Part shown: positions 1 through 23,149 of the stretch, piece by piece
How positions within the stretch are numbered: the stretch's first letter is position 1
Layout: each line of letters begins with the position of its first letter
Source: Tubiluchus corallicola
Taxonomy: Eukaryota > Animalia > Priapulida
Assembly (NCBI GenBank): GCA_030141605.1
Contig: JAQGDQ010000252.1
Span: 1 to 64,000, forward strand
DNA: 64,000 nt
Reading direction: 5' to 3'
Notes under the pieces: generated by a model
Databases searched by the model: none
Seen by the model: only the letters and a program-made list of their open reading frames with translations
Told to the model about the DNA's origin: nothing
Made by a program: the position numbers and the translations under genes

Positions 1-2305
1 AATAATTACACTATTTTCATTGACATGTAATAACATATGCCTGTTGAGTTTGAGGAGAATCCATTAGTATTTAATTTCGGTTGACTTTGTGATGCTAGTT
101 CTTTTTTCCACACTGTCTCTCTTTGTATGTATACTTTGTTTACATTGTTCTTATAATGCTTGTAAGGACCAAGGAGACAAATAAATCATTATTTTGATGT
201 TTGAAGTTTTATTATTATCACATTCAGTACAATAGTAACATTCAACACATAGCTACAAACTAACCAAATTGTTACTTCATGCTGTGATATATGTTTCATA
301 CACTGTCATTACCGTAAAAGAATAATAATTGTACTGCAGTGGGCAAGAGAAGCAAAGGCTTGTATAAGCCCACTAGTAGCTGCCATGTGAACCAGATAAA
401 AGAAAGATCGATATGTGAGCAACAACGAAAAAAAGAACAGAGAGAAAGGTTAGATCACATAAGACCAGAAGAAGGATGTGTTAGTGGAAATAGTAGGAAA
501 AAAAAGACGATAAGTTGTGTGATGTTTACATCGGCTCTAAAAATTAATCATTGGTGTCTTTTTGGCATAATCTGTACTGAGACTGGGGTATGACTGGTGC
601 TATAGGTGTAGAATATTAAGAAGTATCGTATTTAATGAAAATCGTTGCTATTTATTTCTTTTAAAATATTTGAGTTGGCTGAATAGTTCTTAGCTCATCA
701 TTTATGTTATTCCAAAGGCTTTGACCAAAATTTGCAATGAATTGTTATGCCATGTCTGTTGTACAGAAGTTAATGACAAACTCATTCATTCTGGTTGCGT
801 AATGCTGATTATTAAGTTGGACGGGATCATTAAAGAATGTTGAAAAGAGATGATATTTAGTTTTGTACATGTATATAACTGTGTTCATTTGTTTTAAATC
901 GTCAACAATTAAAAATGTTAATAGTTTTGCAACATGTTGAACTCAGATGTTCTCTTTTTCAAAGATTACAAGTGATTTTAAGAAATTTTCTCTGGGTGAC
1001 TCGCAGTTTATTTATGTTAGTTGTATAAGTATGTCTGCAAATGAAACAACACTACGCTATGTGAAGTATGGTAATATTAAAAAATTGTACAAGGATATTA
1101 GATGTAAATTATAAATTAACAAAGCAATTTTTAATCCTACATATGACATTTATACCTTTTGAAATTTTACTTTTGATCATATCTATGTATGGCTTCCAAT
1201 CCCAAGGTGTTCATTTAGAATGATTCTCAAAAGTTTTATTAAATTTCCTGATTTTTAATGATTTCAATGAGGAATTATTAATTTTTATATCACTATTAAT
1301 AATTGGAATTTTCTTGTGTCTTGCTCTAAAAATGATCCAAATAGCATTTTTTGTAATTCGCTGTTACACTATTATACAATTAGATACATGTAAGTTACAT
1401 TACATTAAACAACACATAACCAAAATTGAGTAGGAGAATAAACGAAACCGACTAAAATGCCTAACAAGACATCTTGGCGGAGACAGAACATTCTTCTTTT
1501 CTGCTGCGTAAGGCGTCCGCTGAAAAAACGTTGATAGAAGAAACTGTACGGCGCTGTGTACGCTACTAGCCGAAGTAGGACACTTCTGCTAAAGCACATG
1601 TGCTAAATTTGCGGAAAATTAGTATCGTACAAGTAGGGATGTAGGGCACATAGCTCGCTACCCCCATTTACTTAGTAGAAAACAATTATTTGCCCAAGAG
1701 GTATTGTGAAACGAATCACCTGTCTGTGAAGCGAGACAAAGTAAAAAATGATACTATATCTTGAACAAATGTTGAAATCGCCTAAAAAGCGGGCTTATTT
1801 CACTTCAAAAAGATTAAAATTGAAGGCAGATTTAATATTGGGCGTTCTACTAGCTAGCTCAGAATAAATTTCTTTATTTTATCAGGTGTAAAATAAATTA
1901 TTCACCGTGTATTGACGTTTTTAATTATTATTATAAAATAAACAAAGACAACGGACGCTGCCAGTACGGTTAACGACTCAATTCTTGACCTGTCTCCAGT
2001 GTCCTACTTGGGTAGCCCATGTACGATGCGTTCTACTTGGGCTAGCCCGTGTACGCCAACTGTCCTACTTTGGCTAGTGTCTTACTCGGTTCCCAATATA
2101 AACTGTGGAGACCGTACGTAGAGAGTCTACTTTAGGGGAGGTAAGGCCTTGGGAATTTCGCCGAGTACGCTACGGAGCCTGGTGGCGAAGGCATTTGCAA
2201 GCAAATATAATGTTCATATTTTCAGTTTTGGTCTTGTTAAAACAATTTAATTTTAGTACATACTTTAAAGATCGTGTATTATTATTTATTGAAATTCCAA
2301 TTCCC
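1..2305 (+). repeat. Left arm of a large inverted repeat (probably extends upstream of the window)
   Basis: Position i pairs with 6370-i from 1 to ~2098 (e.g. mirrored ORFs 339-593/5777-6031 and 1405-1599/4771-4965), then with 6348-i; similarity ends near 2305. Confidence 0.97.
1545..2098 (-). mobile_element. Non-autonomous TIR element (TGT...ACA type, Ginger-like MITE), left-arm copy
   Basis: Imperfect ~38-bp TIRs containing AAGTAGGACA; flanks GAAAC/TAAAC (5-bp TSD, 1 mismatch); homologous to 9051-9978. Confidence 0.7.
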
Positions 2306-2500
2306 CATCAGCCATTGATACCCATCACTCTTTCTTCACCCCCATCTGACAGCTATACAGACAAGGCATCTGCTGTCCCTCAGCAGTTGTTCCCGACTTG
2401 CGACACTTCAACCGAGCAATCTATCCCTCCAGCCACCGATTATTCTCATCCAAAACGCAGTCGTCGCCCCCCAAAATATCTTGCTGACTACGTTACCTGA
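2306..2500 (+). mobile_element. Relic of LTR-retrotransposon (Gypsy-type) Pol C-terminal tail
   Basis: P/S/T-rich linker ending ...PKRSRRPPKYLADYVT*, resembling the R-x-R-x-x-P-x-x-L-x-D-Y tail after Gypsy integrases. Downstream: purine run 2939-2958, AATAAA 3095-3100 and ...GGAACA at 3150 (possible LTR, weak). Confidence 0.6.
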
Positions 2501-4028
2501 ATTTTATCCTTTTTCTTCAGCATTTACATATCAAGTTGTAAGTGTGCCTTTTTGACTTTATAATGTAAGTTACACACAAATTTTGTATTGCGTTTTTGAG
2601 TAACATAATCTGATAATATTACCCTAAATCATTGACTTCATGCTAAGTTCTATTATAGTCGTGCTGTATTTCTTTGGTCATCTGTGTATTACCTCTTTCT
2701 ATATGTAATACTGTGACAGCTATCGTTAATGCACTTATATTCGCATTACTGTACAAGCACATACTGTTTTCATGATAAACAACGTATATTAATGTTGTGC
2801 ACCGCACATCGTAGTTTGCGATAGTTCATAAATTACATTCTATATCGTTTGTATTGTAATTCTAGTTACAAGTTTCACCTTTTGTGTCATATTACATGTA
2901 TACTAAATGTTGTTTGATTTTGTTTCTAGCCATCGGTTAAGAAAAAGGAAAAGAGAAGCCGCGCCAGTATACATGCGTGTTGTTAGTTTTATCAACTTTA
3001 CCCCTTTTGCAAAGTTGCTCTTTTGTTTTCAGCTTCTTTGTTTTTCGGGTTGCGCTCATCTTTCTAGTTATAACCTCGTTGCTTTGCGAGTTACAATAAA
3101 GTTGTTAAATTTATTCTTGTCGTCTTGGTGTTTGAGACAAAGCTGGAACATTCTTTAATTAATGGCGCTGCATGAAGCCAAAAAAGTTTCAGTTTAGACC
3201 ATTGAGGGCAGAAAGAAGTTCCAAGAAAGGCAACAACTAAAAGCACTTGGCTGATCTTGAAAGGTGATCCAGAAATACCTTTAGTTTCGTATCATTTTAC
3301 AAAATACCTACTAGAAGCCCTAAATTCATTATTACATCACTATGTGAAGACTGGATATACGAGTATGTACGGGTTGATTCATGTCTGAATTTCACAAAAA
3401 TTGGTAGCAGTACCCACATCCTGAGTAGCATTACAGTGGGATGATGTTTGGCCCAAATTTTGCATAAAACAAACGTCACACCAACCGTGTAGAAATCTTT
3501 TTACTAAACGTAATTAGTAGACCCCAACCAGTCCCAATGTGAACTCCCCAACTTGCAAGAATACATTGCGAAAACGGTTTTCCATCGTTAACTACATGAT
3601 AATGTGCGAAAATGTCATCTTCACTGCGTTGCCCACATCTACCATCATTAAGATCAACTGCACAGCATTACTAAACTTGCAATGTTGTAAAAATAATAAA
3701 ATTTAATTATACATGTAAAAGGTTTCTCATAAATCAATAACAAAGTTTAAATAAGCAGACTTGCTGTGTTTCGTTGAACAGTTTCAAAACATAGATCGAC
3801 AGATAGCCTAGATAAGTACGCTTTTCGCCCATAGTTGTCTCTTGTTAAACCTCTGTTAATTGTTATATCCAACGTTCTCTCTCGCGTTTTACATTTATGT
3901 TCTCTCTCTAAAGTTGTCTCTCAAGTGGAAGTGCCGCCTAGCGACAGTTTAAAATTATTTTGATAAGTCTATACAGGTCTGTTTTGACATTTAAATTAGT
4001 TTGATATGGTGACAAATATATTTCTAAC

Positions 4029-6369
4029 GGGAATTGGAATTTCAATAAATAATAATACACGATCTTTTTAAAGCATGTACTACAAATTTAAATTGTTTTA
4101 AACTTTTAAGTTAATCTCAAAACTGAAAATATGAACATTATATTTGCAAGCAAATGCCTTCGCCACCAGGCTCCGTAGCGTACTCGGCGAAATTCCTAAG
4201 GCCTTACCTCCCCTAAAGTAGACTCTCTACGTACGGTCTCCACAGTTTATATTGGGAACCGAGTAAGTTTTTGTTGGGAACCGAGTAAGACACTAGCCAA
4301 AGTAGGACAGTTGGCGTACACGGGCTAGCCCAAGTAGAACGCATCGTACATGGGCTACCCAAGTAGGACACTGGAGATAGGTCAAGAATTGAGTCGTTAA
4401 CCGTACTGGCAGCGTCCGTTGTCTTTGTTTATTTTATAATAATAATTAAAAACGTCAATACACGGTGAATAATTTATTTTACACCTGATAAAATAAAGAA
4501 ATTTATTCTGAGCTAGCTAGTAGAACGCCCAATATTAAATCTGCCTTCAATTTTAATCTTTTTGAAGTGAAATAAGCCCGCTTTTTAGGCGATTTCAACA
4601 TTTGTTCAAGATATAGTATCATTTTTTACTTTGTCTCGCTTCACAGACAGGTGATTCGTTTCACAATACCTCTTGGGCAAATAATTGTTTTCTACTAAGT
4701 AAATGGGGGTAGCGAGCTATGTGCCCTACATCCCTACTTGTACGATACTAATTTTCCGCAAATTTAGCACATGTGCTTTAGCAGAAGTGTCCTACTTCGG
4801 CTAGTAGCGTACACAGCGCCCTACAGTTTCTTCTATCAACGTTTTTTCAGCGGACGCCTTACGCGGCAGAAAAGAAGAATGTTCTGTCTCCGCCAAGATG
4901 TCTTGTTAGGCATTTTAGTCGGTTTCGTTTATTCTCCTACTCAATTTTGGTTATGTGTTGTTTAATGTAATGTAACTTACATGTATCTAATTGTATAATA
5001 GTGTAACAGCGAATTACAAAAAATGCTATTTGGATCATTTTTAGAGCAAGACACAAGAAAATTCCAATTATTAATAGTGATATAAAAATTAATAATTCCT
5101 CATTGAAATCATTAAAAATCAGGAAATTTAATAAAACTTTTGAGAATCATTCTAAATGAACACCTTGGGATTGGAAGCCATACATAGATATGATCAAAAG
5201 TAAAATTTCAAAAGGTATAAATGTCATATGTAGGATTAAAAATTGCTTTGTTAATTTATAATTTACATCTAATATCCTTGTACAATTTTTTAATATTACC
5301 ATACTTCACATAGCGTAGTGTTGTTTCATTTGCAGACATACTTATACAACTAACATAAATAAACTGCGAGTCACCCAGAGAAAATTTCTTAAAATCACTT
5401 GTAATCTTTGAAAAAGAGAACATCTGAGTTCAACATGTTGCAAAACTATTAACATTTTTAATTGTTGACGATTTAAAACAAATGAACACAGTTATATACA
5501 TGTACAAAACTAAATATCATCTCTTTTCAACATTCTTTAATGATCCCGTCCAACTTAATAATCAGCATTACGCAACCAGAATGAATGAGTTTGTCATTAA
5601 CTTCTGTACAACAGACATGGCATAACAATTCATTGCAAATTTTGGTCAAAGCCTTTGGAATAACATAAATGATGAGCTAAGAACTATTCAGCCAACTCAA
5701 ATATTTTAAAAGAAATAAATAGCAACGATTTTCATTAAATACGATACTTCTTAATATTCTACACCTATAGCACCAGTCATACCCCAGTCTCAGTACAGAT
5801 TATGCCAAAAAGACACCAATGATTAATTTTTAGAGCCGATGTAAACATCACACAACTTATCGTCTTTTTTTTCCTACTATTTCCACTAACACATCCTTCT
5901 TCTGGTCTTATGTGATCTAACCTTTCTCTCTGTTCTTTTTTTCGTTGTTGCTCACATATCGATCTTTCTTTTATCTGGTTCACATGGCAGCTACTAGTGG
6001 GCTTATACAAGCCTTTGCTTCTCTTGCCCACTGCAGTACAATTATTATTCTTTTACGGTAATGACAGTGTATGAAACATATATCACAGCATGAAGTAACA
6101 ATTTGGTTAGTTTGTAGCTATGTGTTGAATGTTACTATTGTACTGAATGTGATAATAATAAAACTTCAAACATCAAAATAATGATTTATTTGTCTCCTTG
6201 GTCCTTACAAGCATTATAAGAACAATGTAAACAAAGTATACATACAAAGAGAGACAGTGTGGAAAAAAGAACTAGCATCACAAAGTCAACCGAAATTAAA
6301 TACTAATGGATTCTCCTCAAACTCAACAGGCATATGTTATTACATGTCAATGAAAATAGTGTAATTATT
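4029..6369 (-). repeat. Right arm of the large inverted repeat
   Basis: Reverse complement of 1-2305. Visible substitutions at 4865, 4821 and 4378, a 22-bp duplication at 4250-4271, and several indels in the inner ~200 bp. Confidence 0.97.
4272..4825 (+). mobile_element. Ginger-like MITE, right-arm copy
   Basis: Starts TGTTGGGAACCGAGTAAG, ends GCCCTACA; flanks GTTTT/GTTTC; three ~30-bp subterminal repeats with an AAGTAGGAC-like core. Confidence 0.7.
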
Positions 6370-6489
6370 GTTTTTTTTTCAGAATACAATAGTCTTTTGT
6401 CTGTAAATGCCGACAAAATCAGTGATGTCCCCAACTGAACATGGCAAGCTAGCACTTTTCAAAGAATCTATGTGTGCAGAGATTAAGAT

Positions 6490-6912
6490 CAAGTCAGCTA
6501 GTCGGTCATAATAGTGACTGGCTAGCAAATTAGTCTGTCAGCCAGTCAGCCAGTCATGCAGTCAGTGATCAGCCAGTTAGTCGGTCAGAACAACAGGCAG
6601 ACAGTAAGTAAGTGAGTCAAAAGCAAGCCTGCCAGTTAGCCAACTAGTCAATTATAGCAAAGCAGTCAATAATTAAGTAGGGCAGTCAGACATGGACAAG
6701 ACAGTGAATCAGTTACTCAAACTATCAGTCAGCCAGAAGCTATTGTAACAAACTAGTTAAAAAGGGAAACATAAAGATGCACAAAGCAGTTAGTCAGTTT
6801 CAGTCAACCTTGCTTATTATTGCCTTGCTAGATAGCCAGTTTGGTACAGTTGATGCGTTACTGAGCTGGTTGTTTGACAATCAGTTTGTCAGTCAGTCAG
6901 TCAGTCAGTCAG
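6490..6912. repeat. Degenerate (AGTC/AGCC)n simple-repeat tract
   Basis: Repeated cagt/cagc units, with a pure (GTCA)n run at ~6888-6911. Confidence 0.75.
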
Positions 6913-7479
6913 AAATTGATCAGAATAAGTGACAGTTTTTATAGTTCATAAGATTCATGTAACTGAGTTGTCAACTCTGCCACTTAAAACCCACAGATTT
7001 GAATTTTGTATTGAACATGTTGAATCATAATATTCCAGATCGTTATTGATGTTAAAAGTGAAAAGAAATGTTGAAAATAATTTTCAGGTCTAGATAATCA
7101 CTCTCTTAACTTCAAGGAAATATATGGACTAAACCAAAAAGTTGGACAAACAACTAGTTGACAAAAGCTACTATGTTATTCAATCATGCAGTCAGTTAAT
7201 CCTTCACAAAGCTTGTTAGTGAGCATGTCTCACTCACTGTATATGTTAATTTGACAGTTGGTTATCGATGGTAACAATGATCATCCATGCTCAGTATTCT
7301 CAGTATATAATGATATACTATTGATGTGAAATAAATAAAATGAAATTGAAATTGAATTATACCTATAGTTAAAATTTGTCCACTTATATATAATTTGATG
7401 ATGTTGATAATAACAATTATTCTTATTTAAAATTTAATGGATTATGCTGCAAGAGTAGAGCTGTTATTAATAGGTTTTT

Positions 7480-8010
7480 AGTCAAAGGACTCGACCCAAA
7501 TTGCTACTCATCTGGATGTTGCTGTTGTTTCCTCTTTTCTTCTTCTGCTTGAGGCCAGGATATCGAAAGCCTTTAAAAACGCCAAAGCGCCTTCAATTTA
7601 TAGTAGATTGTCATAAAACTTGACACGAATATGCTAGAACAAATCCTGCATTGACCAACAGTGTCAAATTTTCGATCAACGATTTGAAAATCAAGATGGC
7701 GACAATCAAATCATTAACTTTTAAGAAAAAGCGTCAGGCACTGTAATTCACAATAGATCATCATGAAACTTAGAGGAACATATACCGGAATGAATCCACA
7801 TCGAATGACTCTGTTTGATTTTCATTTCACGATTTTGAATTCAAGATAATCTGGTCATAGTATCATTTAAACCAATTTCAAAAAAGCCTAAGATATATAT
7901 ATATATATATATGCCCTGCCAATTAGCAAATAACGGATTGTTGTGAAACTTAACAAGAATGTACTAGAATGAAATCTGCATCAACTGACAGATTCGGATA
8001 TTTCATTTAG
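7480..8010 (-). mobile_element. Helentron-associated (HINE/DINE-like) non-autonomous repeat copy
   Basis: Three internal repeat units (...tgaaactt...ata(t)actagaatgaa(a)tc(c)...cat...) shared with 39079-39520, 39960-40290 and 58648-59345; (AAC/AAG)-rich tail near one end. Confidence 0.5.
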
Positions 8011-8651
8011 TTCAGAATTATTGCAAGTTGCTATCTAGAAGTCTGGCATTTTGTTGCTGACAGTTAAAATAACTGCAAGAGAAGGTTGTGTGGTAATTAA
8101 TAGTCATTGTTTGATTGTGGATTATCAGTATAAATCAACCAAGCAGTCATACGTTCATTGTCCACTGTCTATATTATAGTGCTAATTTACAACCACAAAA
8201 TTTATATAGCAAAAAGCAACAATTGAAAAATACAATTATGTAAACATTGGTCATTACTGTGATAGTTAAGGCAAGCGGCAATACACGTTTTAGTAAATAC
8301 AACAAATTGTAGTGCGATCTGTTCAACACACAGAGTTAGAAAAGAGTTCAGCATTTACATTATACAGTACTGTATCATTAGTCAGCACTGTTCGTCAGTA
8401 CGTCACTAGTGTGTTAGTTGAAAATCAAAGCAAAGGAAAGCAGAAGAAGAAATCTAAGTTTTCTCGCATTGCTTTTAGTTCCCTGACAACAGCTGACTCA
8501 GTACTGTTTTTCAGGAATTGCCACGTTTTTATTGGTTGTTAGACTATCACTTAATCATTATTTAATTGTCATATCTATAAAGACTATTAATAATAAATTA
8601 AGAAGATGTGCTAGTGGACATAAAGGCATTTAATCTGTTTTTAGTTAGTTA

Positions 8652-8843
8652 ACTTGCTCGTCTTTCCCCAGTGCGTACACTCTATCTATGTACCGGTAGT
8701 ATGTCGCCGTGTACCACCTTTCCATGTACCACACCGAACATGTACACACCGGTACACTGAACCACGGTACGGCAAGGTACAAGGTGGGGCAGTATAAGGT
8801 GAGATGGTATGTGGTGCTGTGCTAAACGGGGATGTGGGCAAGT
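8652..8843. repeat. GC-rich imperfect foldback built of GTAC-containing subrepeats (possible MITE)
   Basis: Ends ACTTGCTCG..CCCC / GGGG..TGGGCAAGT are roughly complementary; GTACCAC/GTACAC units on the left, GGTAC units on the right. Confidence 0.4.
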
Positions 8844-9050
8844 GCAAACGCCCCCACATAATGTTCTCAAGCACCAGCTATAGTGGGTCATTTGGACACC
8901 CCGAATTTATCACTCACAAAATCAAATATTTTACTTATTAAGGTGATAACACGTCCTCTCCATGATTTTTTGGGTAACTCTTTCAATTTGAGTACCTTAT
9001 GAAAAATTGCTTTCTTGGTGTTATGAACAATAATTTCAGACAATATCTAC

Positions 9051-9978
9051 TGTTGGGCGCAGAGTAACCCATTAGCGGAAGTAGGACAATTGGCATACAT
9101 GGGCTGGCGCAAGTAGGACGTGTCGTACATGGGCTGCCCAAGTAGGACACTAGAGACAGGTCGCGAATTGAGCTGTTAAGTGTACTGGCACGGTCCATCG
9201 TCCTTGTTTATGTAATAATAATTAAAAACGTCCATACACGTTGAATAATTTATTATACATCTAATAAAATAAAAGAATTTTATTCTGAGCTGGTAGAACG
9301 GACAATATTAAATTTGGCTTCGATATTAATGTTGTTGAAGTGAAATAAACGCACTTTTTAGGCGATTTCAACATTTGTTTAAGGTGTATCATTTTCTATT
9401 TTGTTTCGCTTTATATACAGGTGATCCGTTCGACAAATATATGTTATCTCCTAAGTAAACATTCTAGCGACCTATGTGCCCTACATGGCCTAACGAGCCA
9501 TGTACAACAGTGCCCTACATGTTACAATACTGTTGATATTATTAAAACTAATTGTCTTTGATTTTCCTAAAAAGTTAAAAATTACTTTTTTGTGTTGTGA
9601 AGGCTCAGCATCATCTGTCTTATTTTTAAACTTTCAGTTATTTCTATAATAACTGTGTGCATAATTTCTTTCTTTAAAGCATTAGATACTTAGTTTAATG
9701 TTATGATGATTTTAATGGAGCTAATAATACTGATGATAGTATTGTAAAAAATACATTAATTTTGTAAATTGTCATCCATCATTATTATAAAGTTACTTTT
9801 TCTGTAAAACAAATTTAGTTTTAAGTTTTATTATGTCATTATAATTTTCGATTCCCGACAAAAATCGCCAGGGCCCTATTTGGACTGCCCATGTACGACA
9901 CTGCTTTTCCGCAAATTTAGCACACGCGTTTTACCAGAAGTGTCCTACTTCGGCTAGTGGCTTACTCGGTGCCCTACA
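9051..9978 (+). mobile_element. Ginger-like MITE, diverged longer copy with perfect 5-bp TSD
   Basis: TIRs TGTTGGGCGCAGAGTAACCCATTAGCGGAAGTAGGACA / TGTCCTACTTCGGCTAGTGGCTTACTCGGTGCCCTACA (32/38 complementary); TCTAC at 9046-9050 and 9979-9983; internal sequence homologous to 4272-4825. Confidence 0.8.
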
Positions 9979-11168
9979 TCTACTAAACATTCAATATTTT
10001 AATAACTTTCAACAATTCTTTGTGAGGTACAACTTTGCAGCTTGTAATGTAAACAAACTATACATGCATGCCACATGTGACTCACTTAGGGCAAACTTAC
10101 TCTCTTTGCATCGCCATTGATAACAGATTTTTGCTTTGTCTTTTGTTTAATAGATAGCAGCAACTGTGGTGCCCTGGCAGTTTTTCACTCCCAGCAAGCA
10201 CAGTAGCACTTTCTGTGTAGTTTTACTCTCATTGCAACTTTCAGTCTCACCACATGGTATACCAGCTCTCATGTCAGCCCTTATTGTAATTACTTTATTT
10301 TTTCTTCATATAGCTGTGCTTTGCTGTAGCTCACTGCAACTCCCCGATGTCGCCGTTCCTTCACTCCTTTTTGTGACAGTTCATCCCACCTAGTTATTAC
10401 CTATAACTGTTAATGCAAATTATATGAAAATAACTAAATAATTAATCAAAATCAAATAATTTGGATACTTGTAATTTGTTTTAAAATCGTTTTATGTTTT
10501 ATAGTCAAGTAAAACATTTGCTCTTCTGTTGTTATTAATTTTAGTTTATATTGTTAAGGACATAAATTAGGAAGAAAGGATGTTTTTAAACCTAAGTGAA
10601 AACTAGTTTCTAAACAAATGATGGCATCTGTTTCAAATGCTGTACAATACATGTATAAAAGTTGTGATGTTTTTTGAGTAAAAAATGCTAGAAGAATTAT
10701 TGGATCAGGTTTACAAATAAATTGTTCAAAAGTGGGCAACTCTTTTATTTTGTAACCATGCAGGGATAAATGATTCAGTCAGCAGCTATTACGTATATTG
10801 TAAATATATGTTGTATACAAAAACAACAACATACTATGACAGAACAATTTATTATATCAAAATATTGCTTAAACAATAAGGAATCCATCATGCCCTCAAA
10901 CCTAGTACATTTTGCACAACCTGCAGTCTTGAGGTATATGATTGATGTATATTAAGGTATATTTCTCAAAACCATTTTTGATCACTAAGTGCATCGTACA
11001 AAAAATAGTTTTTTAATTTGATACTTGAGCATTAGAGGCTGCATTACTAGTTTTCATAACACTGATGCACTTCGAGTGAGTCCGTCATCTGATAACTTTC
11101 AGAGGATTTTTCAGTTATTTAATATCATTTTGCAGTCAAATTCCATTATAGGACATTGTTAATTATAT

Positions 11169-21634
<10,466 letters not shown>

Positions 21635-23149
21635 AAGTGGTCAATATAGACATTTTACTACCGTACCATGCAATGTAACATATGTGATACAGTTGTTTTA
21701 TTGTAGTGCTCCAAGGTCCACCTTGTGCCTTGTAGAATTGTATATGTCTAATTAGCTTTATCAGGGTGCATTTTTCTATTTTTATTGTTTTAACTATTAC
21801 TCTAAGGCTTTTACAGGGATTTTTGTAACATGAGCACAGAAATTAGTGACAGAGTTTTTAATTGTACTTTTTTAAAAAAAAAACATAGTTTTTATATTCT
21901 AGAAGCAGCAAAACCTATTTGCTTGTATGCGCGTTTGTTTATTTTAGCAGACATTTTTATTACAGGCAAATAAAATAAGTAAAAGTGAATCAAATTAGTA
22001 ATATCTTATGCATTTTACAAGTAGCTGTAATAGCTAACTTAAGTTAATTTTCACCATTTATGGTAAGAAAGTAGTAGAATCTCATTTGTGTTAAATTTAA
22101 GATGCTGTTCGAGCAAAGTACATATATTGTTAACTATCCATATTTACATTTATGAAGTATTTTCCTCAACTCAAGAAGGTTTTGCCAATGCTCATGTTTG
22201 TGTCAGGTCTTTTTAACTGTAACAGTGAAATTAATGAAAGGACATCATATTATCATAATTAGCATGTAGCAGATTGTTAACAGCTGTTTAAGAACGAGTA
22301 ATCTGGATAGTAGTTAGTCATTGTTAAATATATTTGTTTTGTGTATTAACGTTGCAGTTGTGATTTTAAAATCTTTTTAGCATATTAATTATAAATTATT
22401 TACTTATCACTGTTTATGTAATAATTGTTCACTGATATGGGACCAGCATTTTACTTGGGTAATGGAATGCATAATTGTTGTTATGGAATAAAAACATCTA
22501 GAATCATTATAAAAATTTGGAATATAATTTTTTAATACTGTTTTGTCTTGTTTGAGAGCTTCTACAATTCTTGCATCACACTTAATTACCATCAATCCCG
22601 CATGAGTGACTAAAGCTGCCTAGATGTTGAGCAAAATTAATAATATTGAAAAAGTTCCGGTGTAACTGTCTTATCAACCACTTATAATATAAGTACTAAG
22701 TAGTCTGCTGAGTCACTGCTTTTATACTTCGTTCTAAATTCAGCAATCTAGTGCAATCAATGTAATCATTCTGTAATTACATATCTTAGCACATTGGCAC
22801 TACTGTTAGTTGTGTATGACTGAAGGTGAAAATCATCTAAAGTAAAATGTGACCACCAGCAAATGACCTCGTAACGGCTTTCTACCGGCTTCATATACAA
22901 ACATTGTACTTATCAGGCACCATTTTAGGTTCAAACTATTCAGATTTTTATTTAGAATTATGTTGTAAGTTCTGTTTGTGTCTCATCAATCAGCAGTTTC
23001 TCTCTGTTGAATGAATATATTAACTAATTCTTGATTATTCTAACCTTGTGCTAGGGACGTGCAAAATCATTGAATAACAAAGGACAATAATTTATTCTAT
23101 GAAGGAATTCCTAAATCAGTAGATATTGTCAAGCCCTTAGTGTTTAGTG

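Noticed and set aside
4290-4375. Short repeats with spacers resembling a CRISPR array
   Set aside because: Only three degenerate units inside a TIR element, with similar 'spacers', no cas genes and an intron-rich eukaryotic context.
339-6031. Duplicated ORFs 339-593/5777-6031 and 1405-1599/4771-4965 as paralogous small proteins
   Set aside because: They are identical only because of the inverted repeat; no recognisable domain, one has a GTG start and the other straddles a MITE end.
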